A stretch of 64,000 nt of DNA from Anthoceros angustus (GCA_010909165.1 MU008165.1:1-64000); one strand, 5' to 3'; shown: positions 1-10,531, counted from the first letter of the stretch. Notes: generated by a model from the letters alone, not told the origin. Numbers and translations: made by a program.

Positions 1-2698
1 CATGCATAAAGACTTGACCATACTAGTTACTTGGGCTGCCAAGTGCACATTGCGACCAGTTCATGATCTGGGGCTCCAACGTCGATGTCGTCCTCGTGCC
101 TCTCCTCTTAGGAATGGTTGCAGTCAGGTGATCACATCCTTGGGATGTTTGGAACCCAGCGCATCTTATGGCTTCCCGCCACCTTCATGATGGCCTTGGT
201 TTGGCGTTCCGTCTTCCTTGGATCGCCTTGCGCTCAATCCCCAAGGCAGGTTAACGGTGCCTTCTCCACCTTCTCCCGGTGGTGTCTTGATTGTACTAGG
301 GTGGGGCTTACAGGCATCGGAAGTTGCTAGCCGTCTTTGGCGCTTCGGTGGTGGTAGGCTTCCCTCCAACAGGAGGCTTTGCTTGCTGCCAAGGCTCGTG
401 TAGAATCCGCACAGCAGTTGGAATAGGTCCTGGGTAACGCAACAAACCCGCGTCGTTGCAAGTTGCTTGGCCAGGCAGGTGAATATGCTCATGTTGCCGA
501 GGCTCTTGATCCTCCCTGGCCCGCCAGAGAACATTGTTGCCCTCCGTGCCCTCCATCCAGCACCCAAGGATGCCATCTTCCGGACATGTCGGCTATATCA
601 CGGAGGATCCCTTCTCCACATCGGGCGGCTTTTGCTCACTCTCTCGACCCATGTCTTTCATTTGCCGGGTTGTTAGGAATGGTGTTTGAACACCTCAGGG
701 ACCTTTTTTTCCCCAAAGATCCATCTAGTGGCTTCCCAAAGCTCTTTTCTCTAGCCGCTGCGGTGGCTCGTGGTGAGACGCCTCACCGGATTTCCAATGT
801 TCTTGTAGCTAGCAGGCTTGTCGCTATGGACAAGCCTGCCCCGGGCTCGGGCGTGCGCCCACTCGCGGTCGAGGAAGCCTTCATGCGGCTTCTCAATCGC
901 ACTATTGCCCTTCAGTGCCGCTCTCTTCTCTAGCAGCACATCAACCCCCTTCAATTTGGCATTGCCACTCCGGGGGGCTGTGAGTCCGTGGTGCTTGGAG
1001 TGAAGGCATGCCTTGACATCCACCCAGAGTGGGTGGTCTTACAGGTTGATGTCGAGAACGCCTTCAATACCATTTCTAGGAGTGTCATCTTTGAGGAGCT
1101 TAGGGATGCTGGTGACGTCCTGGGGAGCCTTATACCTTTTGTCCGGTGCTTCTACGGGAGGTCCTCCAACCTCTACTACCCGGCCTGAGAATGTCTCTTG
1201 AGTTCTTGTCTCTGTCTTGGAATCGGCCATAGGTACCAGGCAAGACGACCCCCCGGGCAGTACTCTCTTCGCCATTGCTCACTATAGGGCCCTATCTAGG
1301 GCCGCCTTCTCAATGTGTATTTATGTCTTCCCTTATTTGTGATTCTCACATCCTCGGGCCTAGTGACAAAGTCAAGGAGGCCTTTGAGCTCTTTTCTCAT
1401 GAGCTTTATTTGGTGGGCTTGAAGGTCAAGTTGTCCAAGTGCGTCGGTCTCCATCGATTCTACCTACTTTGCGGTTCCTGTGGGAGATTACTCGGCCTCT
1501 GGGATTCTAGGGGTCCCCTTCGGTTCCCCTGACTTCATTGGGAGCTTCCTGGACCAAGCTCTCGCAAAGGACCTCTCCATGTCGAGGACCTCCCTTTGCT
1601 AAAGGATACACAAGTGGCCTATGGATTTCTTTCCTCTTGTTTTGCTAGGCGCCATTTTACCTCATGGTCTGCCGTCCCCAACCTTTTGTCCCGATTCGGT
1701 TTGATAGGAAGATTATGGATACTCTTGGGGACATCTTGGGCTCAAGGGCTTTTGAGTGCCCTATGGCGTCGGCCCAGCAAGCGTCCCTCGTGTGCAATTT
1801 GGAGAGCACTCTCATGGAGGTCTCTTCCCGTGGCTTTCACAGGCGATTGGGCCCTCTATACCCCTACTTTGGCTTCTCGCTTCATCCTCCATGACAGGCC
1901 CTTTCTGGAGGATCTCGTTTCAGGTATGGAGGAGGGAACCTTCTCTCTCCAAACGTCCTTGAGGCAAGCTAGGGACATGTTATCAGTGGATGCTCGGAAG
2001 GACTTCCCTCCTTTCTCGACATTTATTACTGATGGTTTCAGAGGGTTGCAGGAGGGAAGGCTCGGCGGGCTTTCCTACATCCTCGGGGACCCCTCCATCC
2101 CCAATTCCACAAGGCGGCTCCGCTCTTGTTTGGGAAGGCGCAGTGGCAGCTCGCCCGCCCATGCATATGGGGTTTTCACATCGCACCAACCACCTTTACT
2201 ACTGCGATGCGATTCCGTCTTGGCCTGCGAGTGCGACTCTACCCTTGATGATTCTGGGGTACACCTTGCTCGTTGTCCCCACGAGGGTCATTGCATTGCC
2301 ACTCACGATGCCATCCATGATGTCATGTTCGCCATCGCTCGTGAAAGTGACTACATGGCCTGGAGGGAGCGGGTGTATACTCTCCGTACAGGTCATTCAA
2401 TCAGGGCTGACTTGTACCTTGTCATGGTGACCCGGGTTTGGTGGCGGATGTGGTGTTCGATCCTACGTGACACCATCTCACTTTCGAGTCATCACTAACC
2501 GTCAGGTTAGTGCCCGGCCGGGCAACGGCTCTCAAGGTCAGAAAATATAGCAGGATGTGTGGAGTGCCAAATCCGATGTCAGTACTCTTGGCGGCTTGTT
2601 TTGCTTTTGGTCGTTCTTGTTAAGAGGATAGGGAAGAGTTAGCCAATAAGGCCATTTGCGGATTATACGGTGCAATCCCTAGACCCTCAGTCCGTTGG

Positions 2699-2876
2699 AG
2701 GAGTGGTCCGTCCGGGCGAGGTCCGACGGAGTGGTCCGTCCGGGCGAGGTCCGATGGAGTGGTCCGTCCTTGCGAGGTCCGACGGAGTGGTCCGTCCGGG
2801 CGAGGTCCGATGGAGTGGTCCGTCCTTGAGAGGTCCGGCGGAGTGGTCCGTCCGGGCGAAGTCCGACTGAGTGGTC
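2699..2876. repeat. 28-bp tandem repeat (~6 copies) inside the LTR
   Basis: Unit GAGTGGTCCGTCCGGGCGAGGTCCGACG repeated with few variants. Confidence 0.95.
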
Positions 2877-3294
2877 TGGCCGGGTGGTTTAGTTTGGTGG
2901 GCATCGCCTGGCATGGATCTACTGTTTGGCGGGGAAGCAGCTGGTGCAAGAAGTCCGGCGCAGTGATGAGCTACGTCCGTGATTCCACGACCAGGTTAGG
3001 GTACATACATAGGCGGGTTAGGTACATACATAGGCGGGTTAGGTTAGGGTATGGGAGTATATAGGAAGGCGTCCAAGGCAGACTATCCGAGTACCATCTT
3101 GGCGCTCAGTGTGTGCTCTTGCCTTGGTGCTCGGGAGGCGGGTGAGTTCTGCGTCACCGTCACGGGATTAATTGGTGGTAGAGGGATGTGTTTAGAGCTA
3201 CGGTGGCGAGCTCCGTAACCGCTTGATGGAGTGCGAGGCCAGGGTCGGACTGAGCTCGGGAGGTGCTCGCGGGTGATTTCTGGTGCGAGACTAA

Positions 3295-3593
3295 CCTTGG
3301 AGGCTGGCTTGGAGCGGAGGCTGTGGGGATGCAGTGCGAGCCACTTGGCATGAGCGTGAAGCGGTAGGAGGATTAGAGGCGCTTGGGGTGACTGCTTTTG
3401 GGGAAGCCATCCTTGGAGGCTATTTGGAGCGGAGGCTGTGGGGATGCAGTGCAAGCCCTTCTCCAGAGCGTGAAGCGGTAGGAGGATTAGAGGCGCTTAG
3501 GGGTGACTGTGGTGAAGCCATCCTTGGAGGCTGGCTTGGAGCAGGCATGTGGTTGCGGCTGCAAAGCTACTTCTCCATGAGCGTGAAGCGGTA
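3295..3593. repeat. ~110-115-bp tandem repeat (~2.6 copies) inside the LTR
   Basis: CCTTGGAGGCT...GAGCGTGAAGCGGTAG recurs at ~3295, ~3411 and ~3521. Confidence 0.85.
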
Positions 3594-4379
3594 GAGAACA
3601 AGCGGCTGGTGTGTGAATACATCGTGTTGGTGTTGTGACTACTAGAGGAATGGATAAGGGAGAAGGGTCGTGCGGCATGTGTGTTGAGGTGGAGTTGGCG
3701 GACGAGTTGAGGCGCTGCGCTAGAGTCGTGGTGCGAAGGAGCAGCGTCGTTAAACTCGGTAGTCTTGGAGAAATCCGAGGTTTGTGGGAAGGTCCGTGCG
3801 CTGGTCCAAAGCGAGTTGTGGAGGGCACACACTTAGGGTTGTGGAGCCGGACCCAACTGATGAAGTCCGTTCAGGCGATAGGGCATAACTCGAGCGAGAA
3901 TAAGCAGACCATTCCCTTGGGAGCGGACTCCTTCCTAGCGACACGGGATTGTGCGTGGCCGTCGGTAGTCGCGCCACGGGATGCAAGCGGGCCACCTCTT
4001 TGCAACACTAGAAGCGTCTGGGGCAATGGTGAGAACGACAAATTTGTCAAGTCCTCTGCCGCACCACCATCGTCTTGTCCTCTCGTACTTCACAGCATAC
4101 TTGAACGGGTTTCAATTGCCCTTCAGGGCACTCTCAGGCGATCCTCCACAAGGTGGCGGCGGTGGTGATGCATATATTTTCCTCTACCTCCGTGGTTTTG
4201 CGGGCGTTTATTCTTCACGCATATGACATTGTGGGTGCAGTAGGTGACTTTAGGTAGGGAGCTCAGTTGCTCCTCTCCACCTCGACCCCCTAGTCCCCTC
4301 TGGTTGTCCCCTCTTGGATGGGCTCTTCCCATCGTTTTTTCACCTTAATAAAAACTCCTCTTGAAAAAAAAAAGCTGGA

Positions 4380-5620
4380 TACAAAATAAATTTCTTGTTG
4401 GTGCTGGTCGTTGTATGTTGTTTCATATGAGTTTGGCTCCAATCAATTTTTTGGGTTGAAGCGGTTCGAACAACTGCTTATCTTATGAATAGGGTTGTTT
4501 CTGATGTTCTTATGTAGCTAACTCCCAAGGTGTTGTGGACTGGTAAGGTTCCTCCTTGTTCACACTTTTACGTGCTTTCGGATGTGTAGCTTTTGCTCAT
4601 ATTCCAAAAGAGAAAAGATCAGCTAACTATTAAGTGTATTTTTGGTGGATATTGTGAGAATTCTATGGGTTGTCGTTTGTTTGATCATAGTACTCGACAA
4701 ATAATTTCAAGTTGAGATGATTTTTTCTGTGAAGATTTGTCTTGAAAAGATTCGGTTGCCTCTTCTCAGTGATCATAATCTTATTTTTGAACAATTTCCT
4801 TTTTTGTTACCCTCAAATCGATTACTTATTTCATGATTCTGTGAATGATGTTCAAGATGATCTTCATAATGATCATGGTGTGGACGCATACGTTGTTGAT
4901 GAAGTAGTCACACCGTATCTTTCAAATTCTCATAATATATTTGCAAATAAAATTCCTTGTGCGTCTCCTAATGTTTCACAGGGTTCTGCTACGGTTCGTC
5001 TAGTATAAATTGGGTTTGCCACAACATGTAGTTCGTCGTTCTTCGCAGTTACATATTACTGCTCATCGACAACTAGAATTTTATGAAACTGAGGATGTCG
5101 TTGCTCTTTCTTCTGGCTGTTCTCGCGAAGCCTCAATCAATTGTTGAAGCATAGGCTTCAGCCAAGTGGTCTTTGTCCGAGCATGCTTTGCAAGACGAGT
5201 AAAACTCACCATTGCAAAATGGAACATGAAAGCTTGCTCCACTTCCTTAAGGTCGGAAAACGGTTGGTTGCAAGTGGGTACTTAAAATAAAATACAATGA
5301 TGATGGGATTTCATAAAGCTCGACTAGTTTTTAAGAGATATTCACAAGTTGAAGATGTTGATTATAAGCAGACTTTCTCACCCATTGCGAAATTTCCTTT
5401 TGATTGTGTTTTATTTACTTTGGTTGCTTTCTTCAATCTTGAAATGTGTCATATGGATGTGAAGATTGCTTTGAATGGTGATCTCGATGAAGAAATTTAT
5501 AGAGAGTTATTTAAATGGTAGTGTGGATGAGGAGATTTATATTGAGCAACCCGACCGTTTAGTGATGATATAAAACATTTACTTGGACTTGGTTTGGTTT
5601 GCAAGTTGAGAGGATGAGAA
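4380..5620 (+). mobile_element. Degenerate Ty1/copia pol fragment (integrase C-terminus to RT)
   Basis: GRCMLFHM..FWVEAVRTTAYLMNR and FGCVAFAHIPKEKR (integrase); VGCKWVLKIKY, KARLV..YSQVEDVDYKQTFSPIAK and MDVKIALNGDLDEEIY (RT). Multiple stops; AT-rich. Confidence 0.9.
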
Positions 5621-5703
5621 TTTTTCATTTCAAATTGTTGTAGAACCCCCTCAAGATATTTAAATGGGATGCCTCATCAGGCGTGCGGTTCTGGATTCTT
5701 GCT

Positions 5704-6079
5704 TATGTTGCCACAAGGATTTGAGCTCAAGTCTTTACTGTTCCACTACGATTTCCTACCACTACCACTACAACAATAACAATAACTTTATTTATGTCCA
5801 TTAGGATGGAAAAACCACCATGGGACAGAACTTATACAGCCCTAACTTGGATAGAGGGTATACACATATATACATCTGAACTGGAGAAACAAAAACTGAA
5901 AAAAAAAGGCGCATCATGCATCTCAGAAAGACCGAGAGCATAGAGCTTGGGAATATGAAAGAAAAAAAAAGCGGCTGCGGGGAAGACTTGCACACTAAAC
6001 TAAAGCCACTTCTTGTTGGGAATATGAAAGGGAAAAAAACGCTGCAGAGAAAAACGTGCACACTAAACTAAAGCCACTT
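5704..6079 (-). pseudogene. Decayed tRNA-His copy split by a LINE 3' fragment
   Basis: 5704-5764 aligns to the 3' two-thirds of the tRNA-His at 11191-11262, and CACTAAACTAAAGCCAC (6061-6077) aligns to its 5' end. Confidence 0.55.
5765..6062 (-). mobile_element. 5'-truncated 3' tail of the RTE-X-like LINE family
   Basis: CAACAAT..ACTTTATTTATGTCCA and GGAATATGAAA...GCACACT match the LINE 3' end at 29583-29900. The last ~68 bp are duplicated in tandem. Confidence 0.7.
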
Positions 6080-6368
6080 CTTGTATTAAATATGTTTTTC
6101 GGTACTCCCCCGACGCTACGGTGCTTGATGCCAAGGTATTCAAGCTCTCACAAAGGTAGAAAGCGCCTCATGTCTTGCTTCACAAGGTGGGATCTTGCCT
6201 CATCTCTTGTCAGCGCTCGGGCCGCGACTGGGTCAGCCGGGAACGCGTGTCTGGACTTGGGACACTATCTCACCATGGAAATCTTTCTCTTCTTCGATCA
6301 CGGAGCTATGACAGAGCTCTACATATCCCGCAGCGATAGCGCAATGCAGACCTAAATTGCACTGCAGG

Positions 6369-9300
6369 ATGACCGCCACCGGGATGTCTGCCGATGTGGA
6401 ATCACCTGCTTCTTCATCCGGCGGAGAAGCTGCATCAGCGGACGCATGCGCAGCGGCAGGAAATGCCGAACGCTTCCGTCGATCCGTCGTTGCCTCTCTC
6501 CGCGAACAGGACTACCATGCAGCCTCCCATCTCTGGGGGAATTTCTCGAATGGTTGGGACAAGTTTAGCGAACAGGGTCGGGACAGGTGGATTGTGCGGC
6601 CCCCGGCAGCCTTGCTCAAGCTTGGGTTGGAAGCAGTGTCAGGGGCACTTGATGGGTGGGAAATGCAGCGTCTCAATGAGCTAGCTGACGAGCTCATCGC
6701 CTGTGGAGACGAAGAGGAGCCCATGGTGGATGTGTGCCAGGAGATGCGTGAGCTTATACAACGAGTGATGCAGGCCGTGGTCATCGCCAATGAGCTTCAA
6801 AGCTCGGAGTCATTCACAGAGGCGCAGGATTGCACTCTGTTGATACTCATTTGGGCCTTCACTTGGGTTGAAACCTTGCTTCTGGAGGATGCCATGCTTG
6901 GGGATTGTAGCCCAGAGGAGATGCACACTATCAGCTCCAGGTGGGAAACCCTGCACTTGTCCTGGCCTAGAGCATTGCACCGGACGAAGGAGACACTTGA
7001 CGCTTTCCGACGAGTAGCACTGTTCTCCTGCGGCCAAGAAAGGGAGGCTCTCGAAAATTATGTAGCGCCAGACTTCTGGGAAGGGTTTGAAGCTTGTTTT
7101 CTGTGTGTCGTCATCTCCGACATGTGTGACCCCGGTCGTAGGAATGTAGGAAGGCTTAGTGCCGGGTATGCTAACTTGAGCCAGATAGGAAACAGGTGTC
7201 TGAATTGGCTTCACCGTGCTGAAAGAGCTGTTCCGCGCAACCACGAGCACTGGCCTCTTGTCAGAGCCTGGGTCCTCCTGTTGCAGGGGTCGTCCTTGAG
7301 ACAGTTCGGTCGGATCGAGCTGAGTTTTCAGGCTTGTGACAACGCACTCAAACAGATTCAACAGATAGATCTTCAACCCCGATTCGAGTTCCCAGTGCCG
7401 CACCCCAGTATTGAATTTCTGAAGTTGCAGCTGCTGGAATTCTTGGCCCGGCACAATCACCGCACAGGTTGTCAATTCATTGGATTAGTACCTGAGGTTG
7501 GGCAAGAGGTCATGGACCGGTTAGACGGCGTGCAGAGCTATTTCCAAGCCCGGTATGCATGTTACTGGCTTCGGCTGCGAGGAGAGCAATTGATCACCCA
7601 TTTTGGACAGGTCGAGGAGGGACTGGAGGTATTTGAAACATGTCTTGCCAAGTTCGGTGCCGATTCTGTTGACAGCACAATTCGCCAACCGTGGTTAGAG
7701 GGGGAGATTTTTGAAATTTGTCATAGAAGAATCAACTGGGATGTGACCAAAGTGGTTCACCTGGACAGGGTAGAGAGGCTTCAGGCATTTATTGTTGCGC
7801 ACGGGGAGTCCTTGCAAGCGTCAGCTCTTGCCCATTCGTTCTTTCGGAATGCGTGGGCTGTTTTTGGATTCTCGGGGCCTGCTAAGTTCATGCCCTTTCC
7901 TGTGCCTGCACCGACACCCAGCGCTGCTGTACTGGACACATTCTGGGAATCCTACAGGGATACTTGTGCCGCATTGTCACTTTGCAGTGCTACAGAGCGC
8001 CACTACCAAGTGAAGAACTTGGGTGATGGCAAGAAAGTGAAGGTCTTTGTCGATTCGTGGTTCCCCTACTTCTGTCTATTTCACGTCCATCTCCTGGCGG
8101 ACACCGTCTCTAAGCTTTTGGGGCGAAACGTAGGAGCGGCAGATGGTGAGATTGCTCGCCAAGCTTTGCTCTCTCTCGAGGGTGCTAGGAATTACAAACT
8201 GCCCCACATCGACTGGGAAGGAATCGAACGAGCCCACCGGGCCTGCGGTCCTGGTGCAGTGTTTGTGCTGTTCGCATGTCTGGACTCGAGGTTGTCAGCG
8301 TCTGCAGGGGTGCCGGACGTGTGCATTGTGGTGCAGGATGAAGGTGTGGCCTCGTGCCACAGGTTGGATTGGATTCACTCGGACAGTATACTAGAAAATG
8401 TCCAGGAAATTAATGATGCTTGTCTTGAGAGCAAGCTTGAGAATGACGGCTGCCGGATTGCTCTGGAGACGTTGTACGACCTGCTCATCAGGCCGCTCTT
8501 CCACAACTTCATCCGGGACCAGAATTGGACCCCGCATCGCAAGTTGGTTATCTCCCCGGTTGGTCGTGTCCAGGACGTGCCTTTCAGCATCCTTAGGAAC
8601 AGGGTCTCTGGCTGCTATCTTTTCCAAGAGGTGAAACTGGCCGTCACACCGTCTTTCCTAATGCTCGACTTGTGTCGGTTCTGGTACAAGTCACTCCAGG
8701 AGAGGACATTGCTTGCGGGTGCAGGGGCTGCAGTGGCCTTGGGAGATCCTCAATACTTGCCTTACCGAGGTCCTCCGTTGCCGGAAAGTCGGAATGAGGT
8801 CGAGGCCATATGCAAGCTATTTGATTTTTGTCAACCTGAGCATGAGATTGTGAAGCTGTTGGGTAGTGATGCCACGGTAGAAAGGCTGTGGGAGTGGGTG
8901 AAGAAGCCCTCAGGTGTGGGAAGTGGCACCCAATGCAGCCAAGCCTTCATACATATCGCAGCTCACGGCTCCGGTGGCAAGGAAGCCGATCACGGGACTC
9001 TCAGTTTGGCCCAAGCTACCGAAACCAGAAGGAGCCGCCGAGCAGCACAGGGCAAGCTTAAGGTAACGAGGGACGAAGCTGCGTCTTCAGATGACGAGAG
9101 CTATGAAGAACCTGAGGCTTCGGTCTCCTCAGATATGGATGCCCTACCTTCTGGGCTTTCTGAGCACCACATGTTGCAGCGAGAGGCGGATAGGGCAGTG
9201 GAAGGCTTGGAGTTTCTTTCTGGACTTCCATTACGCAGGTCAGATGTCGGGAGTAGCTTGCACTGCGATGATGTCATGTTCTCAGGTCCGACGTGGTTTG

Positions 9301-9671
9301 CTTACATGGTCGTCCTCAGCGCCTGCAGCACGGCTGTCGGAGTAACCCTTAATCTAAACGTCCTCGATGTCCTCAACTTCGGTCGCGCATTCATGAACGT
9401 GGGAGTTCCCTGCTCTGTTCTGGCTCAATGGCGTGTAGATGATAGGGCCACTGGGCATCTCATGCCCCTGCTTTACGAGGCACTATGCCAAGGTGAGGAC
9501 GCGTGCTCGGCCTTGCAGTCCGCCATGATCAAGATGCACCAGACTGGGAAGTACACCCTCCACAAATTAGCTCCGTTTGTAGTAACTGGCTTGCCCACAG
9601 TCTGCTTACCACCACAGATGCGGAGAGGCCAGGCTGAGCTCGCTTCGTCCATCTCCAAACTGCATACCTGA
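6369..9671 (+). CDS. Intronless helical/TPR-like plus CHAT-domain (caspase/HetF, clan CD) cysteine protease, ~1100 aa
   Basis: Uninterrupted ORF, first ATG at 6369. CHAT motifs in order: LYDLLIRPL, LVISPVGRVQDVPFSIL, ALGDP, PLPESRNEVEAI, LLGSDAT, FIHIAAHG (His codon 8964), VVLSACST (Cys codon 9324), GRAFMNVGVPCSVLAQWRVDD, ALQSAM, APFVVTG. The N-terminal ~550 aa are rich in amphipathic helices. Confidence 0.9.
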   Translation: MTATGMSADVESPASSSGGEAASADACAAAGNAERFRRSVVASLREQDYHAASHLWGNFSNGWDKFSEQGRDRWIVRPPAALLKLGLEAVSGALDGWEMQRLNELADELIACGDEEEPMVDVCQEMRELIQRVMQAVVIANELQSSESFTEAQDCTLLILIWAFTWVETLLLEDAMLGDCSPEEMHTISSRWETLHLSWPRALHRTKETLDAFRRVALFSCGQEREALENYVAPDFWEGFEACFLCVVISDMCDPGRRNVGRLSAGYANLSQIGNRCLNWLHRAERAVPRNHEHWPLVRAWVLLLQGSSLRQFGRIELSFQACDNALKQIQQIDLQPRFEFPVPHPSIEFLKLQLLEFLARHNHRTGCQFIGLVPEVGQEVMDRLDGVQSYFQARYACYWLRLRGEQLITHFGQVEEGLEVFETCLAKFGADSVDSTIRQPWLEGEIFEICHRRINWDVTKVVHLDRVERLQAFIVAHGESLQASALAHSFFRNAWAVFGFSGPAKFMPFPVPAPTPSAAVLDTFWESYRDTCAALSLCSATERHYQVKNLGDGKKVKVFVDSWFPYFCLFHVHLLADTVSKLLGRNVGAADGEIARQALLSLEGARNYKLPHIDWEGIERAHRACGPGAVFVLFACLDSRLSASAGVPDVCIVVQDEGVASCHRLDWIHSDSILENVQEINDACLESKLENDGCRIALETLYDLLIRPLFHNFIRDQNWTPHRKLVISPVGRVQDVPFSILRNRVSGCYLFQEVKLAVTPSFLMLDLCRFWYKSLQERTLLAGAGAAVALGDPQYLPYRGPPLPESRNEVEAICKLFDFCQPEHEIVKLLGSDATVERLWEWVKKPSGVGSGTQCSQAFIHIAAHGSGGKEADHGTLSLAQATETRRSRRAAQGKLKVTRDEAASSDDESYEEPEASVSSDMDALPSGLSEHHMLQREADRAVEGLEFLSGLPLRRSDVGSSLHCDDVMFSGPTWFAYMVVLSACSTAVGVTLNLNVLDVLNFGRAFMNVGVPCSVLAQWRVDDRATGHLMPLLYEALCQGEDACSALQSAMIKMHQTGKYTLHKLAPFVVTGLPTVCLPPQMRRGQAELASSISKLHT

Positions 9672-10002
9672 AGCTCAAGGCTGTGAGAAAGCTAGTAGTC
9701 TCCAACGGGAAGATAGTCTCCAGTGGGAAGTATCTCCAACAACGTGAGTCACTCACTTTGTTGCTCCTATACATCTCTGTACACCTCTGTCGATCAGCAG
9801 TGCACAGCTTGATGTTGGTCATGTTGAAAGAGTTCTCAGAATTGCAAGAGTACGCCGGACTTGGTGATTTTTTGTAAGCGATCACATTTCACCGCTTTCC
9901 GTTAGGGAATCGGCCTTAGTACACCTATATAAAGATCGAGCAACAGTTGCACACCTCCTGCATCGACAGGACTACTGCCAAATGCACGGCGTTCATCAAC
10001 TT

Positions 10003-10531
10003 CTCAGCACACATAGGAGGTGACAACACACAGAAAACAAGCTTCAAACCCTTCCCAGTAGTCTGGCGCTACAAAATCTTCGACAGCCTCGCTTTCTTGG
10101 TCGCAGGAGAACAGTGCTACTCGTCGGAAACCGTTGAGAGTCTTCTTCGTCCGTTCCAATGCTCCAGGACAGGAAAGGTGCAGGGTTTCCCACTTGGGGC
10201 TGATAGTGTGCAGTCCTCTGGGCGACAATCCCCAAGCATGGCATGCTCCAGAAGCAAGGTTTCAACCCAAGTGAAGGCCCAGATAAGTATCAACAGAGTG
10301 CAGTCCTGCCCCTCTGTGAATGACTCCGAGCTTTGAAGCTCATTGGCGATGACCACGGCCGGTGACACTTGTTGTGTAAGCTCACGCATCTCCTGGCACA
10401 CATCCACCATGGGCTCCTCCTCGTCTCCACAGGCGATGAGCTCGTCAGCTAGCTCATTGAGACGCTGCATCTCCCACCCATCAAGTGCCGCTGACACTGC
10501 TTCCAACCCAACCTTGAGCAACGCTGCCGGG
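10003..10531 (-). pseudogene. Inverted partial duplicate of the CHAT gene 5' region (6602-7125)
   Basis: Encodes PAALLKVGLEAVSAALDGWEMQRLNELADELIACGDEEEPMVDVCQEMREL...APDYWEGFEACFLCVV, near-identical to the main ORF. There is a 1-nt frameshift near 10212, and no start codon or CHAT domain. Confidence 0.92.

Larger units (their letters stand above)
2558..3978. mobile_element. Solo LTR with 5-bp target-site duplication
   Basis: Starts TGTGG (2558) and ends CCACG (3978, one mismatch from CCACA). Flanked by GGATG at 2553-2557 and 3979-3983. Removing it rejoins the CRE endonuclease frame (KVRKYSRM|QAGHLF). Confidence 0.75.
1..4373 (+). mobile_element. Degenerate CRE-like non-LTR retrotransposon (RT plus C-terminal zinc knuckle and restriction-like endonuclease), interrupted by a solo LTR; 5' end probably outside the window
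   Basis: RT motifs GVRPLAVEEAFMRL, QFGIATPGGCESVV, VLQVDVENAFNTISR and GTRQ(G)DP lie at ~850-1260. C-x-C...H...C plus THDAIHD and IRADL lie at 2225-2415, and K..KY at 2535-2548. The element resumes after the insertion with QAGHLF..LEASGA and ERVSIALQ (~3984-4125), then AATAAA at ~4347 and a poly(A) at 4364-4373. Many stops and frameshifts. Confidence 0.8.

Noticed and set aside
2699-2876. 28-bp repeat array as a CRISPR
   Set aside because: Units are contiguous with no unique spacers, there are no cas genes, and it lies inside an LTR in a eukaryotic context.
6369-9671. CHAT gene as bacterial contamination or as separase
   Set aside because: It is contiguous with plant retroelements, a plant tRNA and a local decayed duplicate. 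It lacks separase size and motifs and has the bacterial-style HG/SAC/W.V.D pattern.
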